Origin: Marsupella aquatica
Taxonomy: Eukaryota; Plantae; Marchantiophyta
DNA length: 64,000 nt
Direction of reading: 5' to 3'
NCBI GenBank assembly: GCA_973895155.1
Contig: OZ316892.1
Location: 2,731,223 to 2,795,222 of the forward strand
Shown: positions 38,941 to 51,915 of the stretch, piece after piece
Position numbering within the stretch: position 1 is the first letter of the stretch
Layout: the number at the start of each line of letters is the position of its first letter
The notes under the pieces: model-generated
The model's input: the letters and a program-made list of their open reading frames with translations, nothing else
Databases searched by the model: none
What the model was told of the DNA's origin: nothing
Made by a program: the position numbers and the translations under genes

Positions 38941-40069
38941 GATCCGCTCTCCAACTGGTTTTTATGTAATTGAGTGTTGATTTCGGGTCTGCGGTTGTCT
39001 TTGCATCCTCGTGGTAGTAATAACAGATGGTGCTTATTCTGACCTGCCTTTCAGTACCTCGTATGGGCAGGAGTTTGGTAGAAGCTTGAGTGCTCGTGTA
39101 TATTTAACCGCCAACTTTTGATTCTTGTGAGGAAGAGTGAAGTGGAATCGAAAGTGGATGAACTTCAGTAGGAGATCGTCCCAGTTATGATGTCCCAAGG
39201 GACATTGAGGGACAAGAAGTGAGTGAGAAAATTGTATCGGGAGGTGACTCAGAGAGTAAGTGTATCTGCAACTCTGTTTCCACCCATCCACAGTACAGTC
39301 ATCGTGGACCCCACTAGAGGACCGCTGGCTCAGTTGAAGCATATAAACATACTGTTCTCGCTCGAAGAATACTGTTTATCGCAGTCTTTGGAAGTTTGGT
39401 AAAGTTTTTTCACAAACTACTTCGCCTGCAAAGGATGGCATCGTTTCGCTGCCCCACTCATCGACTTTGCACATTATTCGAAATTCACTAAGGTCATTCA
39501 CAACCCAAACCCTCTTCTTGACCTCTACAGTATCCTGTGATATTTTCCATCTTTCAGTAGCTCTAGGGACGATCGGCAATCGCATAAAGCTGGTTTCGCG
39601 AGGTCGGGGCGGGAGCGGGGTACGCGCTTGCACTCTCTACCTTGCTTTTTGTTTTGTCGACAAGGTAGAACTCCTCCCAATACCTTTCTGGAAAGTTTTA
39701 AAGCTTTGAGAGAAGAGAAATCATAACCTTCCATTGTAGTATGATATTCCCGTTCACCATGAGTGTAGTTCGGCGAGACACACCTCCAGACCTCTCTTTC
39801 TGTCGAAAGTCAGTTACTTTGCGGCTCACCATAGCCTGTCATGCAAAGACGTCACAAGTCTAGCAAATTTTGTTGTTTCCGCTGCGGACAAATGGAGAAG
39901 ACGATGGGATTCTCGATAGTCACTGATAGATTTTAGTTTGCAGATCGGCGTCTAGTGCAAGGTTGTGCCACACGGTCGAGTGGAGGCCTCTCGGCGCCAT
40001 TGCCACTCACTTCATCGTGCCATACATGCCCATTGTCCCTCAAAGAATTGAAAATACCACAGAAGGACA

Positions 40070-43000
40070 ATGTTGAGTTTAATGCCCGGGCGGTCTGAGG
40101 TTGCGAGCTCCTCTCCCAAATCTCCACTGGGTGCAGGGTCAACTCTAGTCGAAGTAAACATCCCTCGGGTAATTCATTGCCCATCTTTCATGTCGGCAGC
40201 ATCTTTCATATAAGTGGCATTACAACGTAACTTGAAATTTGCCATAATGCAAAAGGCGAATCAAAAGCTTATTAAGGAAGTCATTCTCACGTACTTTAGT
40301 TTGACTAATAACTGTCAGCTTTCTCATCTACATTGGTAGAGTAGTTACTCGGCCAAGTTTCCAGTCTAGACTGTGTTGGCGATGGGACCAATAACCCATG
40401 ATTGTGCATTTTGCCCTTGGTTGTTGTTATTCCAGGTGAATGACTCTCTCTATCAATTTCACACACCTCCTGGCAATCCCACCCTGGAGATTATCTTTTT
40501 TCATGGAATTTACGCTGGAGATCTCTTGGATGCGCACGTTGCGACTTGGGAAAGTGGGGACGGATCATGTATATGGCCACAAGCCTGGCTAGCTGAGGAG
40601 TTTCCCACCGCCCGTATATGGTCAGTGTCCTACTGTGGAAGTGTAAGAAAGACACGCACAAACTCGAGTGAGAACCTTGACATTTATCTTATAGTGGAGA
40701 ATTTGGTATCTGACATGATGGATGCAAATGTTGGACAAACCCCCAAGTGCCCAATTGTATTGGTGGGTTATTGCTTTGGAGGCATGGTGATCAAAGAATT
40801 ATGCCATCAAGTAAGCATGCGGAAGAACTCTGTTACGCACGAGAGGGAAAGGGCGAAGCTTGTTAATTTTTTTGACAATGTGAAAGCCATATTTTACTAT
40901 GGCACGCCTCACAATGGCTGCCCATTCCTCGATAGATTGAAAAATTCGATGGAGAGCCCTTTGTTGGATTATTTCAGTGCACTTGACAAAGACAGAAGCA
41001 GACTGAACTATCATTTTGAGTTGCTAAGAACCGCTCACAGGTGGCGGATTGATGGCCTTGGTGAAAGTCGCCCTGCAACATCGGTAGGGACACTCTCAAG
41101 CACCTCTAAATTTCCTGTATACCATTTTTGTTTTACCTAGTCGAGACATGGCTAGCTCCCTTCGTAGCCCATATCTTCAATGACTAATGTGATGGAGAGT
41201 TTAAACAATAGCCACTTGTGGGTGCCTGACTTGCAACCTTTGTCGATCTAACTAGTAAGTACATATGAATTTATTTTGCTCACTTCCATTGTTATAAGTC
41301 CAACAGTGTTACTTCTGTACAGGTAACAGACATCGCATTTCCATATCCTTTCACTTTTCATGAGTTGTGTCGGAAAAGTGTTGGAAGAAAATTTGAGTTT
41401 TGCCTGAAGTGAGTATTAATATTTTTGATCGAAAGAATGGTTCTGTTCACTTTGACTGTCGCAGGGCGTGCTGCAAGGTGTTCTGGTCGCTCCGGAGTCA
41501 TCTTCGAGGCAAGGAGACTTTTTCAATGTGTTGCCTGCAGATCATGTATCAATCTGCAAGCCAACAAGTAAACCTGACAGGAGGTTTTATGCTCTCACGA
41601 GCCTACTTACGAGCATTGCTTACACGCAACAGGTGATATAGCATTCTCATTGTATTGTAAGAAGTTATTCATATTCATTTGGTCACTTTTAGAAGGGCTA
41701 TTCGAACTGTGTGCAATCCGAAATGCCTACGACACCAAAAAGCTGCTGGACTTAGGGTGACAAACATTGCGCTCAACAGTCATTTTCCTGCTCAGTTGGG
41801 ACCTGCTTTGTCGGTCGCCCAGGATATTGCTCAATACATTCGTGTCTTTGGTGTCGTATCCTCAATGTGGCTTCCACATGATTGGATACGTTTGCTTAGA
41901 GTTTTCCTGAGCCCTATAAGAGATTTTGAGACTTTTTTTTGTGCTTAAAGCTTTTGGAAAGGAAGATCTCCGTACATACTAGAGTTCGACACGTTTCTGT
42001 GAGATTGAAATATAACATATTCTAGTGTTTGAATTTAAATATTTCCAGTCTACGTTTTTTCAGAGTTCTGGAAGTGTCAAATGAATTGACTTGAAAAATG
42101 TTTTCAGGAGGTGCACCAATGCCAAGGACTCCCACTCTATTCTGTTGGCTTGGACGAGCGTGCGCTAGAAGTACGAGAGCAGTTGAAGAACAATGGTGCC
42201 GAAGTTCTTGGAATTGTAGGCATGGGGGGAATAGGCAAGACCACCCTCGCCAAGCAAGTGTTTAACTCCATTTCTGAAGAGTTTGAATACACCTGCTTTG
42301 TGGATTGTGTGAAGGGCATTTCTATCCAGGAGTTGGAAAGCTTTGTGCTCGACAAGTTTTATCAAAGTGGGAAAAGAATTTTCACCCGCAAGATCTCTTG
42401 GCGAGACTTGGAGATGAAGAAAACATTGATTGTGATGGACGGCGTGGACTCCGATATTCAACTCAGAGTACTGCCTCGACTAAAGGACTTTGGATTCGGT
42501 AGTCGTTTGATCATCACAACTCAGTACGAGGATATTTTCACTTCTTTGGAACGTTACCACCTTTACAGGGTCGATTTCCTTCGAGATGACCAGGCAGAGA
42601 AGCTGTTTTGCCAATATGCTGGCTTGGAGGAAATTCTTGACGGCTCTCCTGGGAAAGACCAGTTGAAAAAGAATGTCGAGGTCCTGGTGGAAAAATGTGG
42701 AGGTTTACCTTTAACATTGGAAGTGCTGGGCTGCTATGTTCGGGGCCATGTAGACGATACTAACTATTGGGAGCAGACCATTGACAAGCTTGGGAAAGGA
42801 GAACCCATTAGTGGCAGTCGAAATGACAAAGTTTGGAATACATTGAGGGTGAGCTACGATGGCCTTGCTCGAAAAGAACAAAAGATGTTCATTGAGGCTG
42901 CCATATGTTTCTTCGGAGAGCCATTGGACCGAGCCCTTGCTTGTTGGAATGGTGCCTACAAAAACGCCGATACAAGCTGGGAAAATTTGATTAACAGGTC

Positions 43001-45641
43001 CATGGTGAAAGTTTTGAGTGTTGAAGACTATGCAGGTTTTGAACTCAAGACTGTGTGGGTGCACGAGCACCTACGTGATCTGGCAGCAAGTCTGGAGCAG
43101 GGTTACATGGTGACAATCAGTGAATTTCGAGCTCAAATATTGGATATTCTAAATGAAGTCGAGGTGAGCAAACCTGTCCTGTTTACGATGAGGTATTATA
43201 TAATCTGAGAAACTATGGCTATCACCGTCTTCGGCTCCTTTTGACTTTATACTGTGCAGGTCAGGTCGTGTTTTCAGAGTGTAGTCGAATATCGAACTGT
43301 TATTTTCAAGAATACTATGCTCTTTGTCAATGGTAGTGAAAAACATCTTGCAGAGTAGCGCGTGGCGCACTTTAGTGCAACCTACCGTCGCCTCCTAGCT
43401 AAAGCTTTTGGTGCTGTCCTTCGTTAACCACTTAGCGCTGCCATTCTAATTGAGATTGTTGTTCTGCAGGTCGATGATAATACAAAAATTGTACGTGTCA
43501 TCAATTGGGGGATGTACTGGCAGAGACCAATCAAATTGGACTTCCTTGTGACGTTGAAAAAATTAAAATACTTGGAGGTTTCTGGGGCTAAGCCTGGACT
43601 TTCGTTCAAAACTTTCCCAAAGAAGCTCTCCTTACTTCGTTGGGAATTGCCACATGGGAGCACATCCGTATTCTGGCAGATTCCGCACAGCGAATTAACC
43701 AATTTAGCTGTCTTGGAACTGATAAGATGGAAGATCCCCAAAGAGTTCCCTGAAGCGCTGGGGAACCTTACCAACCTTCGCATTTTGTCCCTCTGCCAGT
43801 TGAGCGGGCTGAACCACCTGCCAGAGATGTTCGGGAGTCTTTCCCAATTAAAAACGCTGACGCTGGTGGATTTGGAACTCAAGATGCTGCCTGCGAGTTT
43901 TGGATGTCTGCTGGCATTGGAAGAATTGTGTTTGAGGCTTTATCGATTAGAGTGCTTGCCTGACAGTATCGGTCGACTGGGGGCTCTTAAGAAGTTAGAA
44001 ATTGACTCTAGTCATTTGCAAACGCTACCCGACAGTCTTGGACAGCTTGCTCGGCTGGAGTATTTCAGACTGAATGCTCCTGGGGTTGCTCTCCCTGAGA
44101 CAATGGGACAGTTGACTTTGCTGCGTTACCTTTACTTCGCTTCAGCTGTTGCCTTTCTTCCTGAAAATGTTGGGCAGTTATCCTCACTACGAACTTTTCA
44201 ATTTTGGGGCCCTAATCTGAAGAAGCTGCCCGACAGTTTTGCAAATCTCTGTGCGTTGGAGGAACTGCACATTGACTCGGATAGTTTCAACACGTTCCCC
44301 GACAAATTCGGAGAACTCTCTCGCCTCAGAGAATTGAACATTCGGTCGGAAAGTTTGGAGAGCTTTCCAGAAATTTATGGCGATATACCGGAGATTCCGG
44401 ATAATCTATCGTCACTAGAAAGATTGACACTCCAGGCGAGGAGGTTGGTCAGAATCCCAGAAAGTTTTGGACGACTCCGTTCTCTCACACATTTGAGTAT
44501 CGAGTCGGAAGACTTGAGCAATCTTCCGGCCAGTTTCGGACGATTATCGGCATTGCAAACCTTGGATTTGACATGTGATAATTCTTCGTTTATACTGCCG
44601 GAAAGTTTCGGAGATCTTTCTTCACTTATCAGACTAAAACTCAAGGGTTTGGTGAGCATCCCAGAAAGTTTTGGACGACTCCGTTCTCTCACACATTTGA
44701 GTATTGAGTCGGAAAACTTGAGTAATCTTCCGGCCAGTTTTGGACGATTATCGGCATTGCAAACCTTGGATTTGACATGTGATAATTCTTCGTTTATACT
44801 GCCGGAAAGTTTCGGAGATCTTTCTTCACTCACTAGACTAAGACTCCAGGCGTCAAATTTGGTGAGCATCCCGGACAGTACAGGACGACTCGATTCACTA
44901 GAGCATTTGACTATGAAGTCGGAACTCTTGACGAACTTACCGACCAGTTTTGGGCAATTATCTGCATTGCGAACTCTAGGAATAACATGCCGTAATCTGG
45001 AGACGCTCCCGGATAGTTTCGGAAATCTCTCGTCACTGGAACAGTTCACTTTGATGGCAAAGAGCTTGGTGAGAATCCCTGAGAGTGTGGCACTACTCTC
45101 TTCACTTAAGAATTTGACCATTCATTCGGAAAGCTTGAGAAACCTACCGTCCCGTTTTGGAGAATTGTCTGCATTGACAAGGTTAGAAATACATTGCGAT
45201 TCTCTAGAAACTCTGCCAGAAAACATGGGAGAGTTATCTGCACTCGTAACCTTGATTCTTGTTGTGCCTAACATGAGGAGGCTACCAAGCAGCGTGGGAC
45301 AATTGTCTGCATTGTTTGTGTTACGTATACTTTGCGATTATTTGGAGAATCTGCCCGATATTGTGGAGGATGCGTCTTCATTGCTTGTATTGCAAATCCA
45401 CGAGAGGAGCTTGGACAGGTTCCAGGAGCAGCGTTTGGCTTTGTTGGGTTGGGTGCCCTGCGAATCGCAACCTCGGGGCCTGTGGAAATTGTTTCTCAAC
45501 TGCGTACCTTGTGCTCGACTTTCGCGCGACAATGTGTCGTCATACGTGAGGGCTCACGACGGACATATCCGAGCTGTAGAAGCAGAGAGTAGTAGAGTAG
45601 TAGACGGACATATCCGAGCTGTAGAAGCAAGCAGAGAGTAG
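40070..45641 (+). CDS. Alpha/beta-hydrolase-NB-ARC-LRR immune receptor (Hyd-NLR)
   Basis: Hydrolase IIFFHG, WPQAWL, VLVGYCFGG, YGTPHNG, DHVSICKP. NB-ARC GMGGIGKTT, GSRLIITT, CGGLPLTL, LRVSYDGL, VHEHLRD. Long LxxLPxxFGxLxxL array. Exons ~40070-40153 (least certain), 40436-41083, 41465-41632, 42108-43163, 43470-45641. Confidence 0.92.
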
Positions 45642-45779
45642 TAGAGGTATTCTATGTTGCGAGCAAACAGGGGATGATTTTGATAGGAGTAAATGTTATT
45701 AGGGAGACACTAATGTTTTCAAATTTCATTTGCTTTTTGGTGCCATTTCTATTTTTCTATTTTTTTGTGTCTTTTAAGG

Positions 45780-46575
45780 ACTCCAGATGGCTAGCAAGCT
45801 CCCTAGCAAAAAGGGGAGTCCCTAAAAGGAATGTTACCAACCAGGTAGTTGATAGGGAGGCAATTGGATGTAGAAAAATAGGGGTCATGCAAGAATTTTT
45901 TTGCTCATGCAAGGAATTTTTTTATGTTTTCTGAGTAATTGTAAGGTGCAAGCAAACAATTTGGAAGCCAGATTGAGTAGGTCACGGCTTTCACTATTCT
46001 AGGCAGGGGGCCAGGCATTCCCTTTTAGGGACTTGGTTTTAGGGTCTCTAGACAGATTCCCCTCCCTAGTTTTAGGGACTCTCCCTGATTTTAGGGACTC
46101 TAGACAGATTTTCTCTAGACAGATTCCACTCCGGCACCCTCTTATGCTATTTATTCCATAGCTCTACCAGGCTTTGACCCCCTCTTATGCAATTTATTCC
46201 AGAGCTCTACTAGGCTTTGACCCTCTTATGCAATGTATTCCAGAGCTCTATGAGGCTTTTCAGATTCAACTACAGATTCCCCCAATAGTGAGAAGATTCT
46301 CCCCAAAAGGAAAATAGTTTGTGTCTATGGCTCTTCAGCAGACCCAGGCTTTCACCCTCCTTTGTAGGGCTGAGGCCGTTGGTTTTAGGGCTTCCCGGCA
46401 GGTTCCGCTTCATGACCCTCCTATGCGGTTTACTCCGGAGCTCTACCAGGCTTTTCAGTTCTCCGCTCAGTAGGGTGTTAGCCTTCACGGCTTCGTTGTT
46501 GGTTCCCTTTTTTGGCCCTTGCTCTTTTTGGCCCTTGCCCTTTTTTGGCCCTTGCCCTTTTTGGTCCCCTTAGCT
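45780..46575. repeat. Mosaic of short tandem and inverted repeats, probably a TE remnant
   Basis: GTCCCTAAAAGG/CCTTTTAGGGAC inverted pair, TTTAGGGACTCT repeats, a ~42-bp unit x3 (46138-46260) and TTTTTGGCCCTTGC x3 (46507-46560). Confidence 0.65.
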
Positions 46576-46899
46576 CGTTTTTCTTGGGGCCCTTCCCCCT
46601 CTTCTCCTTCCCATATATGTTTGTATTGTAATGTCTCCATTTGAAAAGAATTATTAATATTAATATTCCTTTTTAGAGTTTGGATGTATTTTTTAGTAAC
46701 CTCTTTAAAGCAAGAATAAGTTTGCTTTGGGGGACTCTGTACTTGTGCCTCAATGCTATTTCCTTTACAAAGTTCTCCTCACTGCTTATTCCTTTACAAA
46801 GACCCCATTTCTAGCTGCACATGCCATTTTTGTAATAAACAACTAGTATGTGGGTCCAACTCAATTTTTTTAACACATTGGTAATATTGTATTTTTTGT

Positions 46900-49800
46900 T
46901 TTACTAATTCTCTTTTCTGGTCTTTCCTGGTTATCAAGTCTGCCAAAACTCTATGATGTGTCCAAATACAGTGCCAAGAATTTGGAAGGAGCTTTTAGCG
47001 TGCTACTTAATGTTGTCATCCTTTGTTTGTCTCCACCTCTCTCATGTTCTTTTCACCTCTCTATGTAATTCACATTGCAACTCCTCACTGTAGCAATCAC
47101 CTGGCTTGTTCGAGTGACAAATTATTCATCACAAGGGTGAGCAACAAACTATCTTGGAGGCAAGGAGCTAGGCAATCACCTGCACTTCATTGTCTTGCAA
47201 TGTTTTGGTGCAATGGATAATTATGCATTGGACTTGTCTATAAAATTATGAGATGTTTTTAAAAGTATTTGAAGTTTGCATAATAAAAGTTGACATCACT
47301 AACAAACAAATTCATAAACTCAAAAACTATTTATAGCATTAGTTTTTTAATTGTTTTGTGGGGAGACAAGTATACTTTTTGTTTGGAAAGTGTAATTTAT
47401 TCATCATGATTTGTCTAGTAATGACAAAAACAAAATTCTCATCAATTTTAATGGCAAATGGAAACAAAGAAAAAACCCATAAGTGTAGAATCATAATGAT
47501 CATGTTGGGAAGAGAGTAACTTTATATACAGGCACCTTCATGAGAGAAGAAACATACTAATTTCATTTCTGTATTTTAAATGTATGTTTTACTAATCAAT
47601 AGAAAGTCATAGCCTTATTTTTGAAGAGATTTTATAATAATAGAATAGTTTAATTTTTTGAGAATAGTTGATTAGTCTTGAATGTGCAAGTGAGTTTTGA
47701 CATTATAGTTATGATTTTTTTGGTGTGTATTCAAGGAATATGTTTGAATAAGGCCTAGGAGAGCTACACTCAAGTGGCATACAAGATATTTTTTTAAGAT
47801 TTCTCATGGTGACGACCATCAAGGTAAATGTTTATATCAGTGCATGTTTTTTATGACTAGAATTTGTGTTTATTTGTTATTTGTGAAGTGACTTGATATT
47901 TTGTCCATTCAATTGACATGAGCAATTTTGTGTGAGTTTGTAGACAAATTTTGGCATCACTAAGAAACAAACCCAAGCTATCATCTAAGCTTGAAATAGA
48001 GGGTTGTTTCTCTCTTTGTTCCTCGTTGAATAAATGTGATTGCTAAAGTTGTTAACTCATAAAGCTAAATCAAGCATGGAATCTATCTATACTTTAAAAT
48101 CTAATTTTTGCTTATGTAATATTTATCATAATAGTGTTTATTTTCAAATAAATTATCAGATTAGCTAAAAATTTGTAGCATTATCATATATGGATGTGCA
48201 AATATTAGTATATTAATTATTTGCCATAACACTTAGAGCTTTTATTTGAATCAACACAATAGATTTATGCAATCTTAACAAAACTATAAGTAATTGTAAT
48301 TTGCAATTTATTTGTAGAAAGCAATGCTCTTGGTAGGTAGATGAGTCTTTTGTAATCTTGTTTCATATTGTTATGGTTATCTTATCAGAGCATTACATAT
48401 TAAGAAAGTGAAATTTACCCTTTGTTGGATTTCAAAAATGGAGAAGTTAGCTCTTTGTACCTAAAATTATTCACTTAGGTTTATTATCAATCGGGTACTA
48501 TAATTATAAGGTCCATATCATATTATTCAAGTTAAGGCAATAAACTATAGTACACACATATCCAAAGGTTGGTGTAATGTTCTACACTAATTGTAACTTC
48601 AAAATCAATATAAGGTTACAAGTTAAGGCATTCTGGTACACACGTCCGCAAGGGTCGGTATATTGTTTGACCCCAGTTGTAACTTCAAAATCAATATAAA
48701 GTTACAAGTTAAGGCATCATGGTACACATATCTGCAAGGGTCGGTGTACTGTTTGACCCCAACTATAACTTATAAAATCAATATAAGGTTACAAGTTAAG
48801 GCATTCTAATACACACATCCGCAAGGGTCGGTGTATTGTTTGACCCCATTTGTAACTTCAAAATCAATATAAAGTTACAAGTTAAGGCATCCTGGTACAC
48901 ACATCTACAAGGGTCGGTGTACTGTTTGACCCCAGTTGTAACTTATAAAATGAATATAAGGTAACTACAAGTTAAGACATTATGGTACACACATCTACAA
49001 GGGTTAGTGTACTGCTTGACCCTAGTTGTAACTTCAAAATCAAAATTAGGTTATCCGGGAAGGTGACAAGTCAAGGCATTTTGGTACACACATCTACAAG
49101 GGTCTTTATAATGTTTGATCCCATTTGTAACTTCAAAATCAATAAGGTCATAAGTTAAAGCAATTGGTACACATATATTCAACGGTTTGAGTATTGTTTG
49201 TCAATTGAAGTTGTAACTTAAAAAAAAGGTTATAATACTCTAGAGTTACATTCCAAAAATCTAACATTCAATACCACTTCAAAACAATATTTTCATAGCT
49301 AGACCCTTCCACATGTTAACATTGTAATAATCCTTGCATTAAACTTCAATGTAAGTTTCCCATGACCAAACCCTCACTTATTCACCCCACCTTCCTCATG
49401 ATTTTTCACCCCTATTTATATTTCTAATATTCTTTCCCATTTTACTTGTATGGCGTCAAGAGGTTGAGAGAATGCTTTATATGTTTCTTACAAAGCTTTA
49501 TTTAGTTTATTTTATTGCAATTAAATTGCCTTTTAAAATATACCTAATACCCAAGCTGGAGATTTCTCAAATATTGATTTTTTTCAAAGCCGACCTACTC
49601 CCCAAGTTCTTCTTATTCCTTAGGCACCATAAACGTCATAATCTAGTTATGTCAACATCCAAGCATGGATAGGTTTAGTTTAATAGAGTTGTTTGTGTCG
49701 AGAAGTGACATTACTCTTCACACGAGGTTTCACACACAAAAGCAACATAGATCATTGGATTCAAAACATCTAATGGTGTAAAAGTTCTTTTTGAGCTAAG

Positions 49801-50034
49801 AGACCACACGAGTATTCACACACAAAATGAATCTGGATGGTTGGATTCATAACATCTAATGGTAGGAAAGCTCATTTTCAGTTGAGAGGCCACACGAGCC
49901 TTCACACGAGTCTTCACACACAAAATGGATGTAGATGGTTGGATTCAAATCATCTAATGGCTGGATATTTACAGGGTGATGTGGAATTTTGACAGAATTT
50001 TCAGATTTACAGAAGTCTCTAACTGGACCCGTAA
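46900..50034 (+). mobile_element. Highly decayed AT-rich DNA transposon, possibly PIF/Harbinger-like
   Basis: Relic peptides QCFGAMD (~47200) and LWGD (~47355) weakly recall CxGAIDG and LGD. Subterminal-type repeats TTCACACACAAA/GGATTCA..CATCTAATGG at 49715-49960. Ends CTGGACCCG-TAA. Matching left TIR not found. Confidence 0.3.
48500..49230. repeat. ~86-87-bp tandem repeat, ~8 copies
   Basis: GTTACAAGTTAAGGCAT..GGTACACAC..CAAGGGTCGGT.TA.TGTTTGACCCC..TTGTAACTT recurs at 48615, 48701, 48788, 48874 and onward. Confidence 0.92.
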
Positions 50035-51055
50035 TAATTGCTTAGCTTCTGAGCTATTGTCAATCCCTTTAAAAATATGGTGGGTCTCTGATGTGTTTCT
50101 CATAATGACTTAGGTAAACAACATGTAAGTTAGTCAAAATCATAAACCAATGAAACAGAACTTTGAGCTCTAGTTAAGGACAGAGGGGGCGAAATGCTTG
50201 TTTCTCACAACTCTTGGATTCCATCACACCCTTAAGAATAGATAGTTCAGGGACTAGGTATCTATAATGTATATATCAATGCAACATAACTTGAATATAA
50301 AGATAAAACAACATATTCTAACGGAGGATGGACAAGATTGGAAAATAAATATAGACCTAAAGGGGGGATTTCAAACAAGAAAATTAAAAACATTAAGAGG
50401 GGGTAAAAATAATTGCAAAGACTAAAAATACAGAGGATACACCTTGCTGAAAGAAAATTGAAAGTAAAATACATATAAAAAATCTCAATAAGACAAAATA
50501 ACTTGAGTAGGTTCCCAAACAAGGTAACACCACAGTAGCTTCTTGCAGTAGCTTCCAATGCAACAGAATTGCTACCCTCTAGCTCTATAGGTTGATAGAA
50601 TTAGAGAGTGACAATCTCATTTGAAAAGCCATCTCAAGGATCACTGAAACCTGACCTCTCTTGTATACAGCGCCAGTATGCCCTCACTATGCCGGCGAAT
50701 ATAAGAAAGTTCATTTTAAGGGCAAAGTGTTGTGAAAAGGTATCAAAGACTGTAGAGATGTTGAGTTAACCTAGCAGATGGTGTTGTCAGCATAACCATT
50801 ATATCTTTTATAGGGAACATGATGGGATGAATCAGATTGTTCATATTAGTAGTGAGGATTCAATAGAGCAAAGGTGGAGGAAGAGCTGCATCCATAGGTG
50901 GAGACCTTGAGTGAATGGCAAATATCCATTTACATGAAGATTGGCTTTGTTTTGATGATGGAGGATCAAAAACCAGTCAATGAAGTTAGCCCCATATTTA
51001 AATATTTGCAACTATTTGTTAATGTAGGACCAGGTAATAACGTTATACAAGTGCC

Positions 51056-51262
51056 TTTTAATTACTTTGCCGCTAAAGATGTTCAAATTGATAATGTTGT
51101 CATGGTTATCTTTGTATTTACAAATATGTCACAGTTTGTATAAAGACTATAAGTTAGTAATTGAGGTGGGAATATTTGAAAACAGTGGCATATTTGTAAA
51201 TACAACAAAAAACAATGGTGGTATTGTAAATTAGAACATCTTTGGTGGCAATATAATTAAAA
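51056..51262. repeat. Long imperfect inverted repeat (MITE-like hairpin)
   Basis: Arms of ~80 bp (51056-51137 and 51180-51262), including AAAGATGTTC/GAACATCTTT and TTGTATTTACAAATATG/CATATTTGTAAATACAA. Confidence 0.8.
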
Positions 51263-51915
51263 TCTGTAACATTTTAACCCTTTTCAATGACTATAGGGAG
51301 TGCATAGCCTTTCGTTTGTTCCAATTTTACTTTTTCTGAAATTAGTGATACTGGTGCCAATGTAGCCATTGTAGACAAACCTCATTTTCTCTTGATGTCT
51401 AGAGGCAACAAATTTGGGTACATTTGGGTAAAAGCTTGGCTTTGTGAACCAGCAAACAAACCAGGAGTTGGTGCAAAGGAGAGATAGTATGGGCTAGTTT
51501 TTAAGTGAGGGTTCATGATCATTTTGTTGTTTCTATCATATTTATTGGAAAATGGGTGGTTGTCGGATGGACACTGGACAAGTGGTCCTTCAAGTGGCAT
51601 TTAGTCACAGAACTCAACTACCTTAACACTTACCTCCGGCGTCGCTGACTCCGATGCCGAGATCCCTTATGGTCCACGCTCAGAATGGCTATCCGGGGAG
51701 GACTTAGCATGGGGAGACTGGTGGGCAATGGGGCGTGGCACTGGCGAAGGCAAGGCGCTAAGCTAATGACACACACTAAGGACTTAGACTAGTTGAGAGC
51801 TAATCGGGTCAAGGGGAAAGGGCCGGACTCAAGGTCGACCGTCTGGACCCCTGGACGGACTTTAAGTTCTGAGGGCTTGAGTGAGAGCTCCTCTTGGGCC
51901 CAAGGCAAAGGGAGT

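Noticed and set aside
44375-45121. 248-aa minus-strand repetitive ORF
   Set aside because: Antisense shadow of the LRR exon.
11362-45641. Functional link between the EDM2-like cargo and the nearby NLR (cf. EDM2-RPP7)
   Set aside because: They are ~28 kb apart with unrelated genes between, and no TE was seen in the NLR introns, so proximity is probably coincidental.
48500-49230. Regularly spaced repeats here, at 24467-24750 and at 61396-61735 as CRISPR arrays
   Set aside because: The whole unit is repeated with no unique spacers, no cas genes are present, and the context is eukaryotic.
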